NCBI GenBank assembly: GCA_951406725.2
Contig: OX597825.1
Coordinates: 53,940,001 to 54,004,000 of the forward strand
Length of the DNA: 64,000 bases
Source of the DNA: Octopus vulgaris
Lineage: Eukaryota
Reading direction: 5' to 3'
Position numbers and translations under genes: made by a program. Below are positions 1-12,196 of the stretch, in pieces (position 1 is the first letter of the stretch; the number at the start of each line of letters is the position of its first letter). The notes beneath the pieces are model-generated. The model was not told the DNA's origin and searched no databases. It worked only from the letters and a program-made list of their open reading frames with translations.

Positions 1-176
1 GAACAGTGAGAAAAAAATCTGAGGAAAAAGCAGGAAAAAAGAAAATAAAATTTAAAAACTTCATGAAAGGGAAATGTATGCAGAAAACACGTTTCCTGGT
101 TTCAGCAAGAATATTTGAAATATTCTCAATATAAAGTAAAAGTACAATGGAAGGGCACGAAAAAAAAAATTCTCAC

Positions 177-245
177 CAGATGGTACAAAATATTTCTGAT
201 CCTAGTCCACGTGTTGTCGTCGGTGTAATGAGATGAGGGGTGCAT
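177..245 (-). CDS. Candidate short first coding exon (MHPSSHYTDDNTWTRIRNILYHL), phase-0 donor; product unknown
   Basis: ATG at 245 is the first in-frame ATG after an upstream in-frame TAA (~425). The 69 nt open frame in unique sequence ends at CTG|GTGAGA (GT at 176-175). No homology recognised. Confidence 0.3.
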
Positions 246-312
246 AATTAAGCCGGACACACTCCAAACTAGTGAAACGGGAAACAACAACAGTATTAAC
301 ACCAACAAAAAG

Positions 313-370
<58 letters not shown>

Positions 371-518
371 CGATGATGATGATGATGATAGCGATTATAA
401 TAACAACAAAGCAGTAACAACTTTAATCATAATCACAATAATATTCATGATGGTAGAAATAAAACTTTTTGTTGTTATTGTTGTTGTTGTTATTATTATT
501 ATTATTATTATTATAACA

Positions 519-557
<39 letters not shown>

Positions 558-627
558 GTTGTTATTATTATTATTATTATCATTATTGTTGTTGTTGTTG
601 TTGTTGTTGTTATTATTATTATTATTA
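313..627. repeat. Compound trinucleotide microsatellite: (AAT)n(GAT)n followed by (TTG)n/(ATT)n
   Basis: Directly visible tracts that generate the poly-N/I/Y ORFs. Confidence 0.95.
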
Positions 628-1463
628 AGTGAAAACAAACGTTACAATGAAAAATAAGAAGCAAAACAAAGAAACATAAACATCCGTATTAGAAATTTTT
701 GATCGATTTTTTTTTTATTTTTCATTCAATATCTTTGTTTTAATGTGTCTTTTTCTTCTTTTTTCATGTTTCCTTTTATTGAAACATGATGGTGATGCTG
801 ATGACGATTTCCTGTTACATTTTGTTTCTTTTCCTATTTTCCTTTTTATTTCCTTCTTTCTTTGTCTTTTTGCGTGGTTTTGCTAGTTCGAAGTAGAAAT
901 GTGTTTATGGAATAAAATATTTAATGTATAAAAATGTGTGTGTTCTGAGGCAGGCTGGCGTAATAATAGGAAATGAGTTGAAATACAGATGAAGAAAAAT
1001 ATATCGTAAGCATATATAAATTTAAATAAAAAGCATTAAAAGCCACAGAAACAAAAATGAGATCGTATTAAATCAAAGAAAACTCTTAGGAACCTAGTTT
1101 GAACAACAAGAGCAAACATAAGAGGAAATAAAAATAAGATGATCGGAATATATTTTTATATAATTTTTTTTCTCAAAAACACAAAATGAATTTCATGCAT
1201 GAAGTGAGAAATATTGGAATTGTGTTTACGCAAGTAGAAAATATCGCATTGATATATAAGGAATTTCCTTGAATGTTCTAGATTATATTGTTCTGCGTTC
1301 TGTATGCTTTGTTTTACTTTACTGTGTGTGGCTTTGTTCCTTGATATTTATATCCATTTTTTTTAAAGTTAGGCTTTAAGTTCAAAGTTTCATCGCTCAA
1401 TCAATGTAGTTTAATATTTAGTAAATCAAATTCGCTATTCGATTAATATTAAGATACGCACAC

Positions 1464-1518
<55 letters not shown>

Positions 1519-1551
1519 CTTCTGTATAGATATAGGAATATATATTCACAC

Positions 1552-1587
<36 letters not shown>

Positions 1588-1898
1588 GTGTGTCTATGTT
1601 TCTGTGCTTATGAATTCATATATAATTAATTACATACAGACGCACACAGACATACACTCAGACGAACATGCATATATACGATGAATATCGTAGACATAAT
1701 CATCATCATCATCACTATTATGTTCATGAATTTGATCAAGATTATTACGATAGTGTTTTGAGTTACGTCCAGCACTCGATGTGTTGACAATGTTTATTTT
1801 TAGATACCGATAAACATGGTTGTATGTATGTATGTATGTATGAATGTATGAATGCATGTATGCATATGTTTGTATATACATACATACATACATACATG

Positions 1899-1929
<31 letters not shown>

Positions 1930-2659
1930 CCTGTTGCTTATGAAACTAGACAATCGTTGGGCTATTTTGGCTGTGATATGCTACTGAATGTGTGTGGTGT
2001 GGGCTGAGATGTGTACTGAACTTGAATGAGCGAGATAATGTAGACGTTAAATTACGGAATCTAAATTTGGAAATTTCCAAGCAGTGGGCGTGACTTCGTG
2101 AAAGATGAAAATATATTACGATGGACGCTACGTACATGCGTACGAAAATACATAAATACATGCATACACACACACACACACACACACACACTCACTCGCA
2201 CTCACACACGCAACACACACTCACGCACCTTCAAATATATATATAGACATACGTAACAATCGAAACGCCGAGAAAGAAAGATGAATATGGATGTGAGGAA
2301 TACGTAGCTTCAAGGACTGTTGTCAAGAAGCATTAATGCGTAGACACACACATACACTCCACACACACATAGACATATACATAAGTAAAACTTGTAAAAC
2401 CCGAATGAAATACAGCGATTATTAGAGGGTTAAAAGGAAAGGTTTAGGTGTAAGAAATTGAAATACAGTGCTAGGTATTTGTAAGTTTACATAAGTTGTC
2501 GTTCAGCACATCGATACACCATTACTTCCTTCATTGCCTACAACCTTCCCTCTTTGTTTTTCTCTCTTTCCCTCTCCTTTTTGCCACTTTAAAGAGAAAT
2601 GCAATTACTCAATTTTATCAGCAATTAACGATTTAAAATTAATCCATGTATATATATAT

Positions 2660-2840
2660 GATAGATCGTTAGCTCCTACACGCATTTTTGTCTCTCCTTG
2701 TTTTTTTCTGTGTATCTTTCTGTCGAAGAGCGTAGGCGCGAAACATAAAAGACTTTTTCTATTCCTGAGCGCTATACTAATACATTTGTTTGTTTGTATT
2801 CCACCTGCCTTCGTCTTTTGTTTATTTTCGTAAACTTTCC

Positions 2841-2843
<3 letters not shown>
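2660..2843 (+). mobile_element. Short non-autonomous element (family P1), Penelope pLTR-like, copy 1
   Basis: Reverse complement of 12890-13088. Contains TCTTTCTGTCGAAGAGCGTAGGCGCGAAAC and abuts (TA)n. Confidence 0.6.
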
Positions 2844-2900
<57 letters not shown>

Positions 2901-3379
2901 GTCTGATTGTGCGGGGGATGTACATATATATGTGTGTCTGTATTTTGGTTTGTGAGAAAATGAGAGAATCTGTGTAGTTGCTAGACCTGCTGGGAACAAC
3001 TACCAAATCTTCCTGAATGTCACACACTAACAATTTATAAACAGAACATTGGATAAAACAGAAAAATACACACACTCACGCACATACACGCATGCACACA
3101 AGCACACCACACCAACGCACATAGATGCTCCCTGTTAATGAAGATTCTCTTTTTCTCTCGCACCGCTCTTTTATTTTTAGACTCCTATTTCTCTATATCT
3201 CATTCTTTCTCACTGTACTCTCTTTTTCGTTGCTCTCACTCTTCCCTCTCCTCTCTCGCTCTCCCCTCTCTGTTTCTCATATGTAGCTGTTTGTCAACGT
3301 TTATCATTCGTGCATTTATCATACATGCATTCTCAAGATGGCATTAATAACGTTATTGTAGAGTGAAAACTTGGAAAAT

Positions 3380-4775
3380 TTCGTATCCTGCCTTCCAATT
3401 TTACCGAAGGCCTGTGATATATGTATAAGAAGACACAAAATGCTATGCCTTATGTACATAATTATGGATGTCTTGGTCTTTTCTTCACATTCTCTTGAAA
3501 TCCTAAATGGGACGAAATCTAAACAGTGCTTTCTACGCCAACAGACATGAACTAATTGCAAAGCTGTGATTTAGGGGATCCAGTATCAGTAGGGCTAAAA
3601 TACACAAACCATATGGTAAAATATTATAAATACCACATTTAGCTTCATTGTCCTGGCAGACATATATGGTGCACTGATGACATCTGCAATACAGCATTAA
3701 TTGTGGTATTTCTCAATCTAATTGTTTTGAATTTAATTGCTTAACAACAGAAGTATTAAAAGAAACTTATTACAGCTGTGAAACCTGTCGTGATATCTTC
3801 GCCGAAAGAAACCCAATTTGTTCCATGGAAAAAAACATTCTACAATACAAATTGGGTTTGTTTTGCTTGTTTGTTTGATTTTGTTTCTGTTTTTTATTTT
3901 TTCGGAGAAGAGGGTTACTTTTCTCCATGCTCCGGCAGGACCGGTAAAACATTTGTGATTCACCGAAGTTCGACAAGTGAAAAACATAGTTTTGACTGTT
4001 GTGCTCTTCAGATATTGTTCTTACACTACTTCCGGGAGGACGAAAAGCTCAATCTACTTTCAAATTTTCTCTTAAATTTAGCTAACAACGATACACTAAT
4101 TTGTAATATCAGTAAAATGTCCTGGATGAGAAAAGTCATCTCAGTGTTTGGAATGAGTGCACGATGGCAAACAAAATGTCTTTGCAATTTTTGAATCCAA
4201 GCTTGCAGGATTTAAGAAATTCTGAAATATTGATGGGTGTAGTTACCACTAGGCTATTAGGAGATTTTCACCAGACTTTGCCATAAATACGAAGTGGATG
4301 GGTTAATTTCAGATCCTGCAGAGGTTGTCAACAATCTGGTTCAATTCTTATATTGTTTAGAACTTCCTGTGCTCTCACAAAAGCACCTTTTTTAAACGTA
4401 GGAGTCATAATAATGCTACTACAGAAGAACCTTGACCAGCCTCCGTTGTGTAATGGTACTAGACTGTGGTAAAATCAAAATAATAATATATTATTGAGGC
4501 TACTATTTTCACTGGTTGTTCCATGGCAGATGTTTTTATACACAGAATAACCTTCATATGGTTTGGCAAAAAATATCATTTGTATTCAAATAGATACAGT
4601 TTCCTGTAAAACTAAGTTTTCCCATGTCTACAAACAAACCACTGGAAAAACTTTATTTATTGCTGAGCTACAACTTGAAGAACATTGTATAGGAATTGGA
4701 AGTCCACGCCATGCATTTCTTTATGCTCCTTCTGGCAAAATATGTAACATTGTTTATAAGCGATTACCTGATTAA
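3380..4775 (+). mobile_element. Degenerate Helitron Rep/Hel relic (PIF1-type helicase domain)
   Basis: Helitron helicase motifs occur in order across frameshifts: Walker A (G)TGKTFVI ~3935-3960, SSDIVLTLLPGGRKAQSTFKF, WNECTMANK...LQDLRNSEILMGVVTTRLLGDFHQTLP, NLDQPPLCNGTRL, IIEATIFTGC..DVFIHRI, QFPVKLSF. Confidence 0.88.
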
Positions 4776-4834
4776 AATAGTAAATTAAACGAAGACATAA
4801 CACAATTAAGAGTTGAGATGATGCTCAAAGATCG

Positions 4835-5482
4835 GAAACCTACAAATGAGATATAAATGCTTACATAGTATAACAAAACAACGTATACATCATTCTGACA
4901 GTCTCCAGAGAAACAAACAGCTAAACTGCTTATATGCTCAACAAAATTCAGCAGTTACTCTTTGAAGGAATCCCTAATTTGCATTCCGAAGGTGTTTAAC
5001 ACTCTATAAATACCAAAGGCTTGTCAACGGGGATCTTAGTCCACACAGCACCAAGGTATGATATAATAAATATGTAATATTTGGTACAATTATAAACCAG
5101 GCAAACATTTAGCCAGTTCTCTGCATAGTAATGAAACCTACAAATGAGATATCAATACGTGCATAGTATGACAAAACAACGTATACATCATTCTGACAGA
5201 GTCCAGAGAAACACACAACCAAACTGTTTATACACTCAACATATGCAGCAGTTACTCTATGAAGGAGTCCCTAATTTGCATACCGAAAGTATTTAACATG
5301 CTATAAATACCAACGGCCAATCAACGGAGAACTTAGTCCACACAATATATGGTATAATTATAAACAGGGCAAATTTTTCGCCATTTTCCTGCAAACTGAC
5401 GAAATGATGAAGGACATTAATTAATTTTTGAACCTTACTGGGTTCTAATCAGAAGCGTCTAAATCATTCTGACAGTCTCCAG
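4835..5482 (+). repeat. Diverged tandem duplication (~298 bp period, 2 copies plus a fragment) downstream of the Helitron ORF
   Basis: GAAACCTACAAATGAGAT...ACAAAACAACGTATACATCATTCTGACAG occurs at ~4835 and ~5133. ATCATTCTGACAGTCTCCAG recurs at ~5463. Confidence 0.85.
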
Positions 5483-5522
5483 GATACGTCTGACATGATT
5501 CACTTACATAGCACTACCGTTA

Positions 5523-5700
5523 TCTATATTTATAAAACTGAGAATGTGTGTCCGTCTGTCTGTCTATCTGTGTGAATCCCTAAAACTTGAGAACTACACA
5601 ATTTTAACTTCTTGCCTAGGGCGAGCCCACAGCAATATCACATCTTCTCCACTATTTCAGTATTACGTGTTAAAAGTGAAACAAAAGCATCTCTGTATTG
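5523..5700 (+). mobile_element. Probable Helitron 5' terminus (non-autonomous fragment)
   Basis: A|TCTATATTTATAAAACTGAGAATGTGTGTCCGTCTGTCTGTC: a TC start after A, followed by the short (CTGT)-type tract typical of Helitron left ends. Confidence 0.5.
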
Positions 5701-5750
5701 TATGAATATGAATGTATATATATATACATGTATATATATATATATGGATG

Positions 5751-5798
<48 letters not shown>

Positions 5799-5992
5799 GA
5801 TGTATATGTATACATGTATATGTATAGCTTTATATGTATACATGTATATTAACAGATGTATTTCTATAGATATACATGTATATGTATACATGTATGTCTA
5901 GATGTATATATATATAGAGAGATGTATATGTAATATACACACATATATATACACATATATACATGCATACATATATACACCCATACACACAT

Positions 5993-6027
<35 letters not shown>

Positions 6028-6028
6028 T

Positions 6029-6350
6029 AGGTGCAGGTGTGGCTGTGTGGTAACAAACTTGGTTCCAAAACACATGGTCCTCAATTCAGTCCCACTGTGT
6101 GGTAACTTAGCATATGTCTTCTGCTATAGCCTCAGACCAACCAAAGCCTTGTTAGTGGATTTTGTAGCCAGAAACTGAAACAAATCAATTGTATGTATAT
6201 GTATGTATATATGTAAGTCTATGTGTGTGTCTTTGTGTTTCTCCATTATCACTGCTTCACAACTGGTGTTCGTTTATTTACATCCCCATAACTTACTGGT
6301 TTCACAAGAAGAAACTGATAGAATAAGTACCAGACTTATCAAAATATAAA
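6029..6350 (+). mobile_element. tRNA-derived SINE family C (head GGYGCAGG.GTGGCTGTGTGGTAA, internal microsatellite), 3'-truncated
   Basis: A-box/B-box-like head plus the CTATAGCCTC...ACCAAAGCCTTG...GAAACTGAAA body shared with copies at 12031, 17694, 54379 and 61147. Confidence 0.75.
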
Positions 6351-6411
6351 AAAACACTACGCAGTGTCTCATATATTTGTTTGCCCACTCAGTTGTATCT
6401 ATCAATTTATC

Positions 6412-6460
<49 letters not shown>

Positions 6461-7591
6461 TGTTACGGTTTAGCTGGTGCATTTCCCGGTGACCCACATT
6501 GGAATTATGGTTCCGGCATGTCTAGTAGAAAAGTGACAGTCTTTTGTTTAATGGAGGACTAATGGGTTTTGGAATGACCTGTGACCTTGTGCGGGTGAAT
6601 TAGGGGTCGCTCTGGACACCCCTTGAATATGTCGTGAGAGAGGATGAGGGGGCAGAGAGGGACAGGCAGAGAGTATGGTAGAGCTGTCATGAGAGGGTAA
6701 TAGGCAGCAGGCGATAGAGATAGGCAGTGAGAGCAGAGGGCAAATAGAGAGGGTATAAGCAGTAAGGGACAGATTGAGAATAGAGATAGAGTATAAGGCT
6801 AAGAGAGCAATTAGAAAGGGTATGAGCAATATAGACAGAGGGAGATGAGGTAGTGGAAGTCAGGACGAGGAGGTGAGGTTTTGGGCAGTTCGCAGTTGGT
6901 CGTCAAGAAGTGCAGTCGCTGGCCGGTCCTCGAAGAAGACAGACGGACCTTGGATTTAAGGAGCAAGCGTTGGAATTCTTAGGAGCAAGTTGGATGCGAG
7001 AAAGCTTGGCGGCACAGAAGGGAATTAGCAGTATTCGGAGGAATTAGCAGTATTGCGAGGAATGGGACGCTGGCAGATTCAATTAGGAATTGAGGTATGT
7101 GTTTGTGCATTGATATGTGTCACGGTGTATTGAACAGTGAAAAGAACAGTCAAGGACTCTGTCGATGTGGTCGATAAAGGACATTGTGAAGAAGAAGAGT
7201 AAAGGACTTGTTGATTGTGATGTTTAGGAAGAGACTTTAAAGAACTGTTGTCTTGGGACGTGTACTCTTGAATTGTTACATGATGTTGTATTATGCTTTG
7301 AGTTGTACTCTTGAAATGCTGTTGTATTATGTATTGAGTAGTGACGTGCATGCTTTGATGTATCTTGATGTTGTAACAATTGTAATTGTCGTATAAACTG
7401 TTGTTTGAATATAAGCCAGTGTTGCCAGTTGTTGCCTTGCCTCTTTGGGTTGTATCTCGGGTTGTGCCTCTGTATCTCTGTGCTGTTGAGGTTGTGGCAG
7501 TATCTATCTGTATCTCCTCTCTCCGCCTCTTTGGGTTCCGTGGCGGAACTTGTGTGAGCCGTTCGGGACGGGCGACGACGGGTGATTCCGT

Positions 7592-7595
<4 letters not shown>
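6461..7595. mobile_element. Probable solo LTR (Gypsy-like), 1135 bp, inserted in (TA)n
   Basis: Termini TGTTACGG...CCGTAACA (8 bp perfect inverted repeat, TG...CA), with ATAT on both sides. GC-richer than flanks, no coding motifs, short internal tandem GGAATTAGCAGTATT x2. Confidence 0.7.
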
Positions 7596-7661
<66 letters not shown>

Positions 7662-7740
7662 GTATATGGATTTTAGTAGACAGGAACTGAAACAAATCAA
7701 TCGTATATATATATGTATGTATATATGTAAGTGTATGTGT

Positions 7741-10160
7741 TTTGGTATTGGCATGATGAATGACAATCGTCAGTGACTACTTGAATTTTACACATACCAT
7801 AACCTGTGTATCACTAACATATTCTTCGTGAACAAGACATCCGACAAGGCATCTTGGAGACATCCAAGATCTCACCACTGGCATCAGCTGGATCTTATCA
7901 TTACACGAAGATCATTTCTGAATTCTGTTCAACTGACCCGTAGTTACCACAGCATGGATTGTGACAAAGATCATTCACTAATAAGAAGCAGGGTGAGGAT
8001 TCTACCTGGAAATGTCCATCACTCCAAGAAAATGGGCCGACCACGCATTAACACTGCCAGAACCTCGGACCCTACACTGCGACAATGTTTCGCTGTTTCT
8101 TCAAGGTTGCCCTCAGTAGCTGCCCAACCTCCTCTGCTGAAAGTAGGTGGAATTTAATCAGGGAAGCTTTGTATACCACATCAATGCATACTTTCGGCAT
8201 GAGAGAAAGGTAAAACCCAGATTGGTTCAGTGCTGGGATCTCAGAGCTGGAAACAGACGCAGTGCAAATAGGTATTGGCAGGAAATCTGTCAGAGTATCT
8301 AGTCAGCTGCTGACAGTGGCGACACCCGTGGGATGTATGCCGGTTTGAAGAAGGCCCTCGGTCCATCCGCAACCAAGTTAGCCCCTCTGAAATCAACTAC
8401 TGGAGATCTCATTAAGGACCAAAGCAAGCAAATGGATAGATGGGTGGAGTACTACCAGGATCTCTACTCACGGGAGACAACGGTAGCTGAGGCTGCAATC
8501 GTGAGTGTCAAGATCTTGCAAGTCATGTGCGAACTTGACAGTCTGCCATCTATAACAGAGCTCACCAAGGCTATTGACTCCCTAGCAAGTAACAAGGCTC
8601 CGGGAAAAGACGGCATCTCCTTAGAGATCATCAAAACCGGCAAAGACACCATCCAGCTTCGGCACCTTCGTGAGCTTCTGTGTCAGTGCTGGGAAGAGGG
8701 TACAGCCCCTCAGAATATGCGGAATGCTAATGTCATTACGCTTTACAAAAACAAAGTTGACCGTGATGATTGTATCAATTACCGTGGAATATCTCTTTTA
8801 AGCACTGTTGGAAAGGCCTTTGCTCGCATTATCCTATCCAGGCTACAACTGCTTGCTTCTCGAATTTATCCAGAATTGCAGTGTGGCTTTAGAAGAAGCA
8901 GATCAACTATTGACATGATATTCTCCATACGCCAACTTCAGGAGAAGTCTAGAGAGCAGAACTGCCATTATATATGGCCTTCATTGATCTGACAAATGCC
9001 TTTGACTTGGTAAGTAGAAAAGGCCTCTTCATCCTGCTCCAAAAAATCGGATGTCCACCAAAACTGCTGAGGATCATCAAATCTTTCCATGATGATATGC
9101 AAGGCACCATACAGCACAATGGTTCAACATCAGCCGCCTTCCAAATAAAAAATGGGGTAAAGCAATGTTGTGTCCTTGCCCCTACATTATTTGGCATCTT
9201 CTTCTCGCTGCTGCTGTCACATGCCTTTGAGACATCAGATGATGGAGTGTTTCTGCACAGTAGAAGTGATGGGAAAATGTTGAATCTCTCGCGTCTGCGT
9301 ACCAAGACCGAAATCAGAAGCGTTCTGATCAAGGAGATGCTATTTGCCGATGATGCCACTCTGGTATCACACACAGAAGAAGCCCTACAAAGGCTCATCA
9401 ACTGTTTTGAGCAAGCATGTATCAACTTTGGCTTACTTATCAACCTCAAGAAGATCAACATCATTGGTCAGGCTACATCGGACATCCCAAGCATACATAT
9501 TGGAGACCACAGACTACAGAAGGTGGAGAAGTTTACCTACCTTGGCACTACAACCTATCCCGTGATGCTGAGCTCAATATACGCATTGGAAAGGCAGCTG
9601 CTGTGATGGCCCAACTCCCCAACAAAGATGTCCTCAAGCAAGCAGGAATACCAAGCATGTTTGCACTTCTCACACAAAGACGTATGAGATGGCTTGGACA
9701 TGTTAGCCGTATGGAAGATGACAGAATTCCCAAGGACATACTCAACGGAGAGCTTGCTAGGTGCACTAGGTCTGTGGGAAGACCGTTCTTACGATACAAG
9801 GATGTTTGCAAAAGGGATAGGAATGCCTGCAACATCAATATTACCACCTGGGAAACAGTTGCCAGCAACCGTGGAGATTGGCGTCGTACCGTAAAAGAGG
9901 GAACACAAAGGAGTGACATAGAGAGAGAGGAGAAATGGAAAGACAAGAAAAGACGTCAACAAGAAACTATAACATTACAACCAGCCAGGCAAAGTCTTCG
10001 CTACATTTGCGGCACCAGCCAGAGGGAGTGTTTGTCCAGGATAGGACTACACACCCACAGCAGGAGATGCACTAGGACATCAAATATAAAATCCGGACTA
10101 GATTATTTTATGCGCAACTCTATTGTTTGTCTCCCGAGACAAAAAGGATGCCAACACCAA
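7741..10160 (+). mobile_element. 5'-truncated RTE-clade LINE (APE endonuclease C-terminus plus reverse transcriptase), frameshifted
   Basis: Endonuclease: LCITNIFF..SWRHPRSHHWHQLDLII. RT: KAPGKDGI, NYRGISLLSTVGK, QCGFRRSRSTIDMIF, AFIDLTNAFDLV, GVKQCCVLAPTLF, MLFADD, FTYLG. C-terminus RRMRWLGHVSRMEDDRIPK and a CxxC..HxxxC-like end; 3' end CTCCCGAGACAAAAAGGATGCCAACACCAA. Confidence 0.95.
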
Positions 10161-10162
10161 TA

Positions 10163-10198
10163 TATATGGATTTCGTAGACAGGAACTGAAACAAATCA

Positions 10199-10273
<75 letters not shown>

Positions 10274-10490
10274 ATATGTAAGTCTATGTGTGTGTCTTTG
10301 TGCTTCTCCCTCATCACTGCTTCATAACTGCTGTTCATTTATTTACATCCACATAACTAATAGAATAAGTACCAGGCTTCACAAGAACAAACTAATAGAA
10401 TAAGTACCAGGCTTATCAACATAAAAAAGCACTAAGCTGTGTCGCATATTTTTGTTTGCCCACTCAGTTGTATCTATCAATTTATCGTTG
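10163..10490 (+). repeat. Local duplicate of SINE-C 3' part plus flank (paralogous to 6157-6415 and 7663-7740)
   Basis: GGATTT.GTAG.CAG.AACTGAAACAAATCAAT is present three times. TTTGTTTGCCCACTCAGTTGTATCTATCAATTTATC is present at ~6376 and ~10451. Confidence 0.85.
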
Positions 10491-10513
10491 TATGTGTGTA
10501 TATATCTGTATCT

Positions 10514-10629
<116 letters not shown>

Positions 10630-11371
10630 CAACCTAATGGGTGCCTTGACTCCCAAATTATAGTCATTTCTTTTATGATCCAAAACTAGGTCAAAAGTAC
10701 CGAATGGATCTTTATGAAATTTGGAAATTATATTCTATGTATAAGGGCCTTAATCCCCATTACAATTCATATATTTTTGCTGTTGATGAAATTTTAACCA
10801 TATATATTAGACACAAATCAAGTAATATTTATAAAATTTTATCTTCTTACAAGTTAGAAAGACACAACCATGGGGTTTTAACATCCACAATTTCGTCATT
10901 TTATCTAAGCAAAAACGAATACAGTTGTGCTCTTGGAAGCTGTAGGGTTACCCGAGCATATAAGTTGAGCATTATTTCTAATTCAATGGTGCAACAGTGT
11001 AACAGTTTGCTTTGACATAGACTTACATTGTGGAATATGCGCATAAAAATCGGTAGTATGGGATACATGTGGCACGATTACAATTTTTTTAGGGTGTGTG
11101 AAGAGGGAAATAACCCACATCTGCAGTTTTGATGAAATTCGAAACAGATATTCCAGTTCATTACAGAAAATATAACAGAAAAGTCTTTTCTTTTCTTTTA
11201 TTCTTTTATTTTTTTACAGTCATTTTACCGCTTTTACTCGAACAAATCCAGCCCAGGGCTAATTTGTTTTATCGAACCTCTAGTTTACGGGAACGTAAAC
11301 ACACAAATAAATGGGGTAAATAGAGACATACAAACATACACGCGCACAGAGAATCATATATATACACACGC

Positions 11372-11443
<72 letters not shown>

Positions 11444-11489
11444 TTATTTATTTATATATATATATATATTTATATATGTGTGTATGTGG

Positions 11490-11981
11490 AGGCACATGGC
11501 CCAGTGGTTAAAGCATCGGACTCGCAATTGAGGCATTGCGGGTTCGAATCTCCGACCGGATGATGTGTATGTTTTTGAGCGAAACACCTGCCGGGCTGGC
11601 ATAAGGCGGCGAGCTGGCAGAAACGTTAGCACACCGGGCGGTATTTCGTCTGCGTTACGCTGTGAGTTCAAATTCCGCCGAAGTCGACTTTGCTTTTCAT
11701 CCTATATTAAGTACCAGTTACGCACTGGGATCGATGTAATCGACTTAATAACTATGTCTGTCCTTGTTTGTCCCCTCTGTGTTTAGCCCCTTGTGGGTAA
11801 TAAAGAAATAGGTAATGGCGAACTTCTGCTAACTCTTTCGCCACAACATTCTCTCACTCTTTCCTCCTGCATCTTGCAGCTCACCTGCGACGGACCGGCG
11901 TCTCGTCCAGGTGGGGAACCTATACGCCAAGGAAACCGGGAAACCGGCCCTTGTGAGCCAGGCATGGCTCGAGAAGGAACA

Positions 11982-11985
<4 letters not shown>
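11490..11985 (+). mobile_element. tRNA-derived SINE family A interrupted by a nested SINE family B (~11603-11812)
   Basis: Head GGCACATGGCCCAGTGGTTAAAGCA...GGTTCGAATC. Body resumes ~11815 (CTGCGACGGACCGGCGTCTCGTCCAGG...GGAAACCGG), related to 38520-38775. Insert GGCGGCGAGCTGGCAGAAACGTTAGCAC...GAGTTCAAATTCCGCCG matches 48413 and 49441. Confidence 0.78.
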
Positions 11986-12029
<44 letters not shown>

Positions 12030-12030
12030 T

Positions 12031-12196
12031 ATACGACGGGCTTCTTTCAGTTTCCTTCTACCAAATCCATCACAAGGCTTTGTTCGGCCCGAAGCTATAG
12101 CAGAAAAAACTTGTGTATGGTTCCACTCAGTAGGCCTGAACCCGGAACCATGTGGTTGGTAAGCAAGCTACTTATCACACAGTCACGCCTGCGTTC
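12031..12196 (-). mobile_element. SINE family C 5' half
   Basis: Reverse complement of the 6029/17694/61147 head and body. Confidence 0.75.

Noticed and set aside
126-308. Signal-peptide-like ORF MLVLILLLFPVSLVWS
   Set aside because: It starts at TTG, not ATG, next to an (ATT)n tract. Only the ATG-245 portion is kept, as a low-confidence exon.
3809-3859. 13 bp perfect inverted repeat AAACCCAATTTGT/ACAAATTGGGTTT
   Set aside because: Short, AT-rich and inside the Helitron relic; no evidence of function or of MITE termini.
3778-4194. Walker A ORF as a host PIF1/ATPase gene
   Set aside because: Intronless and riddled with frameshifts, with motifs of Helitron type.
4835-5482. CRISPR-like or satellite array
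   Set aside because: Only two long diverged units with no repeat-spacer structure, in a eukaryotic context.
11490-11565. tRNA gene
   Set aside because: A/B boxes are present but run into a SINE body, with no complete cloverleaf. The same applies to the other SINE heads.
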